Source: Octopus bimaculoides
Taxonomy: Eukaryota
Length of the DNA stretch: 42,645 nucleotides
Direction of reading: 5' to 3'
Assembly (NCBI RefSeq): GCF_001194135.2
Contig: NC_068990.1
Location: 15,536,510-15,579,154, forward strand
In this document: positions 13,179 to 24,383 of the stretch, one piece after another
Layout: each line of letters begins with the position of its first letter
Numbering within the stretch: position 1 is the stretch's first letter
Made by a program: the position numbers and the translations under genes
The notes under the pieces: model-generated
Databases searched by the model: none
What the model saw: only the letters and a program-made list of their open reading frames with translations
What the model was told of the DNA's origin: nothing

Positions 13179-13580
13179 ATATATATATATATGTGTGTAT
13201 GTATATATAGGAAAATGATAAAAAATAATAATAATAATAATAATAAGGCAGAATGCTAAAATGAAAGCATATTTAATATAGATGTGCATAACGAGGATTA
13301 AAAAGGATTTCTAACTGGCTTTCATTGCATAGCAAATTTTCAAGAAGAGGAGAAATGAAAATAATGTTTTTTACAAAAATATAAAAAATATATTAAAAAA
13401 TAAATATACCAATACATTATATTGTTTTTGAGTTTTTGAAGTTCAATGGTAATCCATGTAGATAATTGTTAAATAGATTAGGATGCATGGAATTAAGAAT
13501 CGTGTTGTGTTTAAAAAAGGCTGAGAGTTTGTGTTAAACAGGAAGTGTGTGTAAGGGAAGACAATTCTGTTGGTTTTATA

Positions 13581-13646
13581 CTCTTTAGTTGGAGTTCTGG
13601 ACTCTTTATCAACAGGAAGTTGGAGTCCAGAACTCCAATTAAAGAG
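13581..13646. other. 66-nt near-perfect hairpin (pre-miRNA-like geometry)
   Basis: 24-bp stem ctctttagttggagttctggactc/gagtccagaactccaattaaagag with one G.U pair and an 18-nt loop. Confidence 0.85.
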
Positions 13647-14774
13647 AAAGCAGTTTATGTGGATTTTATAGGGGTGTCCCAACTCAGACCAAAACCTGGT
13701 TGAGTCAACCCCTCTTTTTCTGTCCATGGAAAAATTATGAAACAACCATTTTTTTACATTTATAATAATGTTTTCATATCTATGAAATAAAAATTACAGC
13801 AATGACTAGAACATAAGGTATATCATACTATACATTCCAAATTATTCAAATTTGCTATTTACTTCATTTATAATAAATTAAGTTCTTACTTGTCATTAGT
13901 GTATGACTAGTGAAATCTGTGGAAAGTTTACAGTTGTTAGTTGCTATTGTGAGAGTGGACCAATGGTAAATGGTGAGCAAAAATAGAGTGAGAAACAAGG
14001 ATGGAAAGGTAGAAGAGCAAGTTGTAACAAGTGTTGAGGTGGTAACAGTGAAAGATAGGAGAATGAAGAAACAAATTGAAGCAAAGTCGAATCAATACAA
14101 ATCTAATTCTTCCTGCAGTGTCTAAGGCCGCCAACAATATCTAAGGCTTCCAGCCATATCTAAGGCCTCAGCAAAATTTACGGTTTCCAGTAATATATAC
14201 GGTTTCTGTCAGTCAAATTGATCAAATATCTGCACTTTGAATGTTCTTCTCCTGGGTATAGGTAAGATAAGGTTTTCTATGGAAGGCCAGCATTGTCTAA
14301 ACTGCAAATCTCCCCTCCTCATATCACAGATGTTGTCCAAAAGAAAGGAAAGGACTAATACACTTTAGTACCAGTGTCGTCATTGGTGACTACAAGAACA
14401 TAAAGAGCTAGAACAAATGCTACAAGGAATTTTGACCAGTCTACTGCAATTCTACTAGTCTCCTGCCCTAGATTACGACTTTATTTCATAATAGAAACAG
14501 ATAACATCAATGAATTTCTATGAGACCTTCATTCAATTTCAGCTGAAATGCATAGGGTAAAAGCATTTTTATTATATTATGTCAGAATATGTAAAAATAA
14601 TATTGTAAGTGAGAAGCAGAAACTGTCTCATACAACTAATGTTTTTATTGATTTAAAGATTTTATAAGGTGCTCACATGACCTTATAAAAATAAAGAATT
14701 TATTACTGCTTCCAATAATGATATATTTTTCTCCTTTAGGGGGATTTTTACTTTTTTTTTTTTTTTTTTACCAG

Positions 14775-14818
14775 AATATTTAACCTTCAAAGGAATCAAA
14801 GGGACAGCCCCTGAGCAG
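14775..14818 (+). CDS. Candidate upstream coding exon (44 nt, phase 1 to 0) of the same gene
   Basis: Long poly-T tract then accag| acceptor and CAG|gtatat donor. The only open frame reads xYLTFKGIKGTAPEQ and ends in phase 0, compatible with the 30698 exon. No homology recognised. Confidence 0.3.
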
Positions 14819-14894
14819 GTATATAGCCAAATGCTATTGTCTGAAACAAGAAAAATACATTGTAAATGTAGTTTTTGGTATAAAAAGAGGAACG

Positions 14895-14928
<34 letters not shown>

Positions 14929-14942
14929 AGAAGAAGGTGATA

Positions 14943-15017
<75 letters not shown>

Positions 15018-15021
15018 GTGG

Positions 15022-15094
<73 letters not shown>

Positions 15095-15125
15095 GGTGGT
15101 GATGATGATGATGACTATGGTGATA
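14895..15125. repeat. (AAT)n/(GAT)n/(GGT)n compound microsatellite
   Basis: Direct inspection. Confidence 0.97.
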
Positions 15126-15126
15126 A

Positions 15127-15290
15127 TAAATTGGCTTTACTTGGAATTGCACAAATATTGTGCAAAGTGTTGTTTGTCTGAGGCCCTTCTTGTGACTTGA
15201 CAGACAGCACAAATCCCCAGTATACACAATATCTTCAATCTACATTAGAATATTGGATACTGTGTGCATCTGCTATAATAATAATAATGA
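15127..15290 (+). mobile_element. R4/Dong-clade LINE extreme 3' fragment
   Basis: KLALLGIAQILCKVLFV*, then UTR and an (ATA)n tail. Confidence 0.7.
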
Positions 15291-15387
15291 TAATAATAAG
15301 GATAACAATGACAAAAACAACAACAATAACTGTAATAATAATGATGATGATGATGATGATGATGGTGATGATGATAATTAAATAGTT

Positions 15388-15463
15388 ATGGTTGGACCTT
15401 TGATCATAGATTTACTCAATAATAACAGGCCTAGAGCTAAGCAGCAACAACAACAACAACAAC
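15388..15463 (+). mobile_element. Family-E short repeat with (CAA)n tail
   Basis: cctttgatcataga motif, with reverse copies at ~11135-11200 and ~37628-37712. Confidence 0.5.
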
Positions 15464-15464
15464 C

Positions 15465-15678
15465 TTAACCCATGGACTGTATATGGGTCTATGATATGAA
15501 CTTTGTGTTTTAAAGAGATCTAAATTAAAACCTTTCATCTGTCAAAATTTTATATTGATTTATGTCCCAAACAATAGGTTAATGATGACAGATAGTTTTC
15601 TAAATTCTTCGCTATCTTCAAAATTAATTGAAACGAAGACCATGTATTTCAATAATAATATAATAACAAGGGAGTTAA
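15465..15678. mobile_element. piggyBac-like MITE (degenerate)
   Basis: ttaaccc...gggagttaa ends. Its 3' part recurs at 16869-16943. Confidence 0.5.
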
Positions 15679-15964
15679 AAGATTTTTAAAAATATAAAAA
15701 TAAGCTAATTATTTCATAGTTTAACATTTAGTAATTTAATATTTTATCAGCAATTAGGTTCTACAGAAACAAGCTTTGCTTCTAAAGAGAAAGAACTTTG
15801 ATATCTGTCACAGTATAGAAACACTTAATCCTTGAGTTCAAGCTAGCAGCATTTTTATCACTTAAGCTGTTTCATTTACATGTGTTATTGCGTATGGTTA
15901 AATGGATTATATAAACATTGGTGAGAGGCCGCAACTGGTGAAAGAAGCTTAATCTTTTCTGCTA

Positions 15965-16378
15965 TACTCTCTTTACTCTCTTTACTCTTTTACTTGTTTC
16001 AGTCATTTGACTGCGGCCATGCTGGAGCACCGCCTTTAGTCGAGCAAATCGACCCCAGGACTTATTCTTTGTAAGCCTAGTACTTATTTTATTGGTCTCT
16101 TTTGCCGAACCACTAAGTTACGGGGATGTAAACACACCAGCATCGGTTGTCAAGCGATGTTGGGGGGACAAACACAGACACACAAACACACACATATATA
16201 CATATACATATATACGCTGAGCTTCTTTCAGTTTCCGTCTACCAAATCCACTCACAAGGCTTTGGTCGGCCCGAGGCTATAGTAGAAAACACTTGCCCGA
16301 GGTGCCATGCAGTGGGACTGAACCCGGAACCATGTGGTTGGTAAGCAAGCTACTTACCACACAGCCACTCCGGCACCT
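15965..16378 (-). mobile_element. Family-A SINE, full-length and CpG-rich (young)
   Basis: Complete head, CORE-like segment, body and (GTAAAAGA)n-like tail in reverse. Confidence 0.92.
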
Positions 16379-16387
16379 ATAGGTACA

Positions 16388-16827
16388 AGACCTGAAATCT
16401 TGGGTGAGATAGTTGATGTAATTGACTATCGATGTTATTGATTAATAATAGTCGATGTAATTGACTAATTACATCGATCCCAGTACTTGCCTGGTACTTA
16501 TTTAATCAATTTTGAAAGGACGAAAGGCAAAATCAATCATAACAGAATTCAAACCCAGAATGTTGAAATGCCGTTAAGCATTTTGTCTGACATGGTAATG
16601 ATTCTGCCAGCTGACCACTGTAGAGAAGCTTAATAATGATTTCAAATTTTGGCACAAGGCCAGTAATTTCAGGGGGGGGGGCTTAGTCAAATACATCGTC
16701 CCCAGTATTCAACTGGTACTTATATTATTAACCCCTGAGAGGATGAAAAGCAAAGTTGAACTCAAAACATAACGATAGATAAAATGCTGCTATGCAATTT
16801 GTCAAGTGTGTTAACAATTCTGCCACC
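16388..16827 (-). mobile_element. Two tandem diverged family-C SINEs
   Basis: Reverse-complement central motif twice (~16388-16617 and ~16640-16827). Further fragments lie at 19901-20030(+) and 33076-33144(+). Confidence 0.7.
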
Positions 16828-17431
16828 ATAATGGAACTTAATAATAATAACAAAGTTAATTCAATAAATTCTTCATTACTTTTTAAATTAATTGAAACAA
16901 AAGCCATGTATTACAACAGAAATGTCATGATAAAAGGGCTAAATGGTGACTGTCCTCTAATTTGTCAACTATTAGTGCATCAGTTGGAGCCATCAAAGTG
17001 CAAACCAATGATTTTATCAAGGAAAATTTCTTCAAACCTTGAACTACATTTCGGGAATTGCAAGCTAAGAGAAAAAAAAAAAGAACAAAACCAACTTGAT
17101 ATTCGGAGTGTAACTACAGACAACACACTGGCTTTCACAAAATATATTTGCACTACATATAATAGAAATTAGAGGACAAACTACTCAGCGGAAGGAAGAG
17201 CCGTCATTTACAAAGTACTAGTGCAAAGCATTATGGTACATGTATCAATCTTGAATGGATACATAACGTGGTATGGTATGGTATGGTAGGACATACACAA
17301 CCAACACAACTCATGCTATTATTATTATTATTGTTATTATCATTATCATCATCATCATCATCATCATCATTATTATCATTATTATCATTATTATTATTAT
17401 TATTAATATTATTATTATTATTATTATTATT

Positions 17432-17714
17432 AAGAGCGTGATGTGATTTTAATAGATTGTTTGAACAATATTTCGACAGCTTGTCTGTTTTTTTCAAGTC
17501 CAAAATGTAAAATGAAGCAACATAGAAATTCAAAAATGTAAACGTGGAAATCCTGCATTCTCACTTTGACAGAATGACAATGCAGGATTTCCTCGTTTAC
17601 ACTGTTGAATCTCTGTGTGTCTTCATTTTACATTTTAAACTTCCAAAAGACATGCGAGCTGTCGAAATATCGTTCAAACCAATACACAACCTATTACAAT
17701 CACATCACCCTCTT
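17432..17714. mobile_element. Older fold-back palindrome with degenerate hammerheads, embedded in (ATT)n
   Basis: Arms 17432-17567 and 17571-17714 are imperfect reverse complements with a ~3-nt loop. Arm consensus ttgaac-[CTGAAGA-like]-a-gaca..tgtc-GAAA-tATC-gttcaa. Confidence 0.7.
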
Positions 17715-17756
17715 CTTATTGTCAATTTACCTTCGTGAAGAGTTATTTCAATTTTT

Positions 17757-18099
<343 letters not shown>

Positions 18100-18100
<1 letters not shown>

Positions 18101-18452
18101 TTACCTCTGCCTTAGTGGAGGTGGAGGTATTGTTTTCAGTCGTGTTTGTTTGTTTGTCCATGGACAAGATATCTCAAGAACCACCGGATGGATTCAGATG
18201 AAACTTTCAGGGATGTTTGGTCTTATGTCTGGTACAAACTGATAAGATTTGGGGATTGATCTAGTACTGGACAAGGATGCTGGATTATTTTTCCTGTTAT
18301 TTTACTTAATTTTTGAGAGCAGTTGGGTTCATTTTAGTATACCCATTTGTGAGAGCATTCAAGTTTATTTCAGACATTCTCATACTCTGGCTAATCGCTG
18401 AGAGGACATTGGTGTTGCCTTGGTGGAGGTTTGCGCTTTCTGAATACTCTTG

Positions 18453-18454
<2 letters not shown>
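18100..18454 (+). mobile_element. Helentron-associated non-autonomous element (HINE-like)
   Basis: Starts ttacctctgccttagtggagg, has internal (tttg)n, carries subterminal ccttggtggaggt and ends ...ctcttgtt. It sits in T-rich microsatellite. Confidence 0.65.
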
Positions 18455-18508
<54 letters not shown>

Positions 18509-18832
18509 GCCTTTCCCCAGTTTCTAACGCTGGCAATGTATTACAGTGTCAGCTGTTCACTACTAGTGAACTTAGCTAACACCTCTTATTTTTCGAACAC
18601 CTTCCAGAGTATTTGAGCAGTTCCAAGCAGTGCTGTTTTCTGTAAGCGCTCCACCCTTTTCGCAGCCCCTACTTGTTCCACGTACTTCTCAAGATTTTTG
18701 CTCACTGTTCCCAGGGCTCTGACAATTATTGGTACTACTGCTACCTTTTTCATTGACCACAACTGCTTAACTTCCCAAGCTAACCTGTCATATCTCTCAA
18801 CTTTTCTTTCTTCCTTATTGCATACCTTGTTG

Positions 18833-18835
<3 letters not shown>
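18509..18835 (-). mobile_element. R4/Dong-clade LINE 3' end (restriction-like endonuclease C-terminus)
   Basis: Minus strand KEERKVERYDRLAWEVKQLW..VVPIIVRALG..LQKTALLGTAQILWKVFEK*, with (TAA)n on both sides. Confidence 0.85.
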
Positions 18836-18872
<37 letters not shown>

Positions 18873-18887
18873 CATCATCATTATCTT

Positions 18888-18965
18888 AGTGTCTTCTACT
18901 ATAGCCTTGGGCCGACCAAAGCCTTGTGAGTGGATTTAGTAGACAGAAACTGAAAGAAGCCCGTC

Positions 18966-18997
<32 letters not shown>

Positions 18998-19585
18998 NNN
19001 NNNNNNNNNNNNNNNNNNNNNNNNNNNNNNNNNNNNNNNNNNNNNNNNNNNNNNNNNNNNNNNNNNNNNNNNNNNNNNNNNNNNNNNNNNNNNNNNNNNN
19101 NNNNNNNNNNNNNNNNNNNNNNNNNNNNNNNNNNNNNNNNNNNNNNNNNNNNNNNNNNNNNNNNNNNNNNNNNNNNNNNNNNNNNNNNNNNNNNNNNNNN
19201 NNNNNNNNNNNNNNNNNNNNNNNNNNNNNNNNNNNNNNNNNNNNNNNNNNNNNNNNNNNNNNNNNNNNNNNNNNNNNNNNNNNNNNNNNNNNNNNNNNNN
19301 NNNNNNNNNNNNNNNNNNNNNNNNNNNNNNNNNNNNNNNNNNNNNNNNNNNNNNNGTGTGTGTGTGTGTATTTGTATATCTGTGTTTGTCCCTCCCCCAT
19401 TATCGCTTGACAACTGATATTGGAGTGTTCATGTAACCATAACTTAGCGGTTCGGCAAAAGTACTCGATAGAATAAGTTCAAGGCTTACAAAGAATAAGC
19501 TCTGGGGTTGATTTGTTTGACTAAAGGTGGTGCTCCAGTATGGCTACAGTCAAATGACTGAAAAAAATAAAAGAATAAAAGAATG
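18888..19585 (+). mobile_element. Family-A SINE (5' truncated, spans a gap)
   Basis: Body before the gap and tail after it. Confidence 0.8.
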
Positions 19586-20884
19586 CTATTATTCATCTTT
19601 CAAATTCCCTCTGTGATATTCAGAGATGCGCTACGGGTTTTATAGACAGGGAGTTATCTCCCTTGCTAGACATTGTCAACAGTGCATGGTTGGAACAAAG
19701 TGGATATCAATGGTGCTTTCCTGGAATACATGGAGAGGAATCTTTGCCATGAGGTTCCTCATGCTGCAGCAGAACTTTGACATTGATATGCAATGTTAAT
19801 TGTGGTATCCCTTCTTCTAGAAACAGTATTACCCAGATTGCAGCCTAGTTGGCCATTATTTGTTGACACGAATCCTTTCCTACTAGCAAAGAAGACATTC
19901 CACCACTGAGTTTGACTTTGCCTTTCATCCTTTTGGGGTTGCTAAAATAAGTATCACTCAAATACTGGGGTCAATGTAACCAGCTTCCTCCTCTTCTCAA
20001 AACCAGCTGTTCCTGTGCCAAAATTGAAAATAGCATTTATGGTTTTAACTACTTACGGTTCTACAGTTAAAAACCAATTATTTCGGCTTCTAATGTTGCA
20101 TTGTTCTAGCAGTCTTACACTTTTCTGTTTTGTCTTTGTAATCCTATAAGTTCTTAGTATTTATTATTGGACAGCATCCATGTGTGCCATTTCTTGTAAT
20201 GGCTTTCCTAATTTTATTTTATGTTCAGGTATGTCATTATGTAATTTAGGTCTTAAGCTGTGTGGTCTCCATTATAAACAGAATAGGTATTTCATTAAGG
20301 AAAGAAGAATTAGTTGCTAGATTGACCAGGTCAAATAAATACATAGATTTTTGATGTGTAGTTCTAATATTAAATATTCTAAGGAGTCTCTAGAGTGAAA
20401 TTTGATTGCTAGACTGAACAGGTCAAGCAAATATACAAAAGAGAACTCCTTTCCCTTTCAATGTCTTCATAGCTAGAAGCCGTTTTCATCTGTCTGGACT
20501 CTCTTACACAAATCACAATGAATATACAAAAAAAAAAAAGGAAAAAAAAAGAAATAAATTAAAAAAGATGGTAAAGAAAAAATATTGATATGTCTGGTTT
20601 CTAAATATTACTTATTGATTACATAAAAAAAAATAAAAACATAGAGAAGAAAATAAAAGAGAGAGAAAAAAGAACATGACAAAGTTGTTCCATTATCAAT
20701 AAGTTGTTGAAGAACTAAGAAACATTAGAGCCGTGCCAGTTTTTAATATTACCTGGTTGTGTTGGCAGCTTCAGGTTCATATAACAATTACTTTTATTTG
20801 TTTTCCTTAGTTATTTTTATTTTTATTTTATTTTTTTTACTTTTTACTTTTCGTGTTACATTAAAGTAGCTTTGTAACAATTAC

Positions 20885-21345
20885 TGTTTATCTACTACTA
20901 CTACTACTACTACTGCTGCTTGCTGCTGCTGCTGCTACTACTACTACTACTACTACTGCTACTNNNNNNNNNNNNNNNNNNNNNNNNNNNNNNNNNNNNN
21001 NNNNNNNNNNNNNNNNNNNNNNNNNNNNNNNNNNNNNNNNNNNNNNNNNNNNNNNNNNNNNNNNNNNNNNNNNNNNNNNNNNNNNNNNNNNNNNNNNNNN
21101 NNNNNNNNNNNNNNNNNNNNNNNNNNNNNNNNNNNNNNNNNNNNNNNNNNNNNNNNNNNNNNNNNNNNNNNNNNNNNNNNNNNNNNNNNNNNNNNCTACT
21201 ACTACTACCACTACTACTGCTATCCAACTATTGTGGTCCAGTTTAGGTGTTACTGCTGCCAACAGCACTGGCACCTCCTTCATCAGCCACCACCACGACC
21301 ATCACCACAACCATCATCCTCATCATCATCATCATCAACAGCAGC

Positions 21346-21376
<31 letters not shown>

Positions 21377-22550
21377 CCACATCAACCACCACTTCCACCA
21401 AATACTGCCTCTCCACTACCAACAACAGTACCCCACTAGTAGCATCCTCGCAACCACTACCACCAATACCATTGCCATTATTACACTTGAAAGCCATATT
21501 TACTACAAAGGCTAACGTCTATCATTATTCTTGCTGCAGTATCATGGCACCACAGACATTGAGACCCGACTAATTCCTGTCTCCTTTCGAAACTTCTGCC
21601 ACTTTCTTCCCGGCACAGCTATTACCATCATCATCATCATCGTCATCTTCGTCATCATCATCATAATCATCATCATCATCATCATCATTATTGTTGCTGT
21701 TGTCATCATCGTTGGCATTGTCATCAACGTAGGTGTTGTCATCATCGTCATCAACATCATTGTCATTTCCGTCATCGTCGTAGTCATCATCGACACCACC
21801 AACACCAAAACCACCACCACCATCACCAGCAACACCACCACCACCACCACCACCACCACCAGCAACACCACCACCACCACCACCANNNNNNNNNNNNNNN
21901 NNNNNNNNNNNNNNNNNNNNNNNNNNNNNNNNNNNNNNNNNNNNNNNNNNNNNNNNNNNNNNNNNNNNNNNNNNNNNNNNNNNNNNNNNNNNNNNNNNNN
22001 NNNNNNNNNNNNNNNNNNNNNNNNNNNNNNNNNNNNNNNNNNNNNNNNNNNNNNNNNNNNNNNNNNNNNNNNNNNNNNNNNNNNNNNNNNNNNNNNNNNN
22101 NNNNNNNNNNNNNNNNNNNNNNNNNNNNNNNNNNNNNNNNNNNNNNNNCACCACCACCTCTTACACTGTCAAGGCTACCACCACCACCACCAGCACTGTC
22201 AACACAAGCATGCTTCTCCTTCTCCTCCTCCTCATCATTATCACCATCACCAACACCACCGTCATTGTTGTCATTTGCCTCGGCCACCATTACCAAGATC
22301 ACCACCATGACCACCACCACTACCATCATCATCAGCACTATCATCACCCCTACCATCAACATTATCATCATATTGTCATCGCTGTCATCATCAGCAGCGG
22401 AAGCATCGTCATCACCACCACATCATTGTCGTCATCATTACCACCATCAATACCACCACTGCTGCCATTGTTGTCATCCTCATTACCATCATCACTGTTG
22501 TTGTTCTCTTCCTCTTCACCATCACCATCACAACCATCTTCCTGTTTTTT
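20885..22550. repeat. Compound (CTA)/(CAC)/(CAT)n degenerate trinucleotide tract with gaps
   Basis: Direct inspection. Confidence 0.93.
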
Positions 22551-22772
22551 AATTGCAATTCTATGGTGACAGATTTTATCCCAGTTTTCATGATGTTGGG
22601 AAGAATGTTGTAGGTAATTGACTTGCCTTTCCTTAGAAAGGATGTCCCTATTAGAGTAAGTTATCTCCCTTGAAAGGCTTAAGCACAGCACTACTGCTAT
22701 CTTACAAATGCTTGACAATTCCAAAGTACCTCTGGTACCTTAGGTGGACATTGACACTAAAGTGTTCAAGTA

Positions 22773-23000
22773 TTGGGTTGTCCGGAAAGTTCGTTCCGAT
22801 TTTTAAAGGAAAGAAAAAGGTCAATAAATACTTGGCATTACATTTTTAATCAACCAAATATGAATCATTTTGTTGCACAATGCATCTCCATCTTTCCTTT
22901 AACTTCAAAATACCCTCTTCCCAGAATTGAGGTGGTTTCATGGCAAATAAGTCGAAAAGTAAGCTACTATAAGTCGGCATGAACATTCCGGACAACCCAA
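22773..23000 (-). mobile_element. Internally deleted mariner element (228 bp)
   Basis: ~30-bp imperfect TIRs ttgggttgtccggaa..., TA flanks, and an internal mariner C-terminus FWEEGILKLKERWRCIVQQNDSY on the minus strand. Confidence 0.88.
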
Positions 23001-23099
23001 TAATAATCATTGCTGGTGAGGTACAAGTAAATGGAAAATGAATGCAACTGTTAAGAAAAATCTTGGATAGAAATAGTAATCGAGGGTAGATATACAGAC

Positions 23100-23261
23100 A
23101 CAGGCATGGTTGTGTGGTAAGAAGCTTGCTTTCAAACCACACAGTTTTGGGTTTAGTCCCACTGCATCACACGTAGAGCAAATGTCTTTTTCTGTAACCT
23201 TAGGCCAACCAAAGCCTTGTGAATGGATTTGATAGACAGAAACTGAAAAACTCTTGTCATA
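23100..23261 (+). mobile_element. Family-A SINE 5' half
   Basis: Head motifs. Similar head-only copies lie at ~9670-9830(+), 38408-38513(+), 40251-40335(-) and 41791-41951(-). Confidence 0.75.
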
Positions 23262-23328
23262 TGTATACATACATACATACATACATACATGTATATACAC
23301 ACACACATTCACACACGTAAATGGAAAT

Positions 23329-23533
23329 AATTAATACAACCACTACTACAAAACTTCTTGTTTAAGAGCATGTGTGTTTGAAAAAGTTAAATGAAAGTGC
23401 TCACACACTAGAAAAAACTTCTCAAAAAAGTTAGTAACATCCGGATAAAAGATTTAATAACATATTTTTTTTAATAATTTTTTTTGAAAATCACCTTTAC
23501 ACTTCAAAACTGTATTAAGTAATTCTCACAGAC
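23329..23533 (+). repeat. ~210-bp dispersed direct repeat, copy 1
   Basis: Aligns by eye with 25320-25536. Confidence 0.85.
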
Positions 23534-23536
23534 TTT

Positions 23537-23585
<49 letters not shown>

Positions 23586-23871
23586 GAAGAATTCACAAAA
23601 TAAAACAAAAAAAAAACAAAAGATGAAGACAGGTGGTGTAGACAAGAAACAGATGTATTAGTTTAATACTCGGGAAGTTGAGGTGTGTTCTGTTAAGAAC
23701 ATATAAGAGTACAAATAGAACTTGTTCACCCTTAGAATTCCCAAATAGCCGGTAGTATACTTATGGTATGCTACCAATTCTAGTCTTAGGTATTCCTCCT
23801 GTGTGAAAGAAGAAACTATGGATGTTGCAGCACGGAAATCTAAATTTTGCTTACAGAGACAGCAACTGAGT

Positions 23872-23988
23872 ATCGCCTGAAGAGATACATATAGATCTTT
23901 TTATACAGGTAGATCATTACATAATTTAATTTTAACTTTAAATCCTATATATACGATGATCTGTATGTATCGAAACATTTGTAGCGAT
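23872..23988 (+). ncRNA. Type-I hammerhead ribozyme with intact core and 60-nt loop II
   Basis: Stem I atcgc/gcgat, CTGAAGA at 23877-83, 14-bp stem II gatacatatagatc/gatctgtatgtatc, GAAA at 23972-75, stem III aca-tt-tgt, GUA at 23981-83. Confidence 0.75.
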
Positions 23989-24168
23989 TAAAAAGCTGCC
24001 TAACCGTACTTACTCTTCCTTTTGACTCTTTTACTTTTTACTTTATAAATATATATATATATATTAACTATATATATATATATAGTTTATAAAAAAAACA
24101 TATATCAGAAAGAGGCACACTCTAAAGAATAGAGCAGTAATTATTACCACAAAAACTTTATATCTTGG

Positions 24169-24236
24169 ACATAGAGCTACCCAAGGTTTTGCATCCACAA
24201 AGCAAAGCCTTGTGGACAGCTCGTCAGACTCTATAT
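24169..24236 (-). ncRNA. Minimal type-I hammerhead ribozyme, G12A variant
   Basis: Stem I atatagagt/gctctatgt, core CTGACGA, ~11-bp stem II, AAAA in place of GAAA, short stem III acc-ttg-ggt, GUA cleavage triplet. Confidence 0.8.
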
Positions 24237-24383
24237 AAATACAAAATTTAAAATATCTATGTCGCAGATGTGAGGAAATGCTCAGAACTTGAGGAATACA
24301 TCTTAATAAAAAAACTGTTAATGAAGACAGGTTATCTCCCCTGAATCAGAGGGAGGAAAAAACCCTTATAGACCGAAAGAGGC

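Noticed and set aside
16452-16477. 11-bp hairpin tcgatgtaatt/aattacatcga
   Set aside because: It derives from local duplication of the intrinsic palindrome of a family-C SINE.
20307-20430. 21-bp direct repeat containing TGACCAGGTCA (nuclear-receptor-like site)
   Set aside because: Only two imperfect copies and no independent evidence of function.
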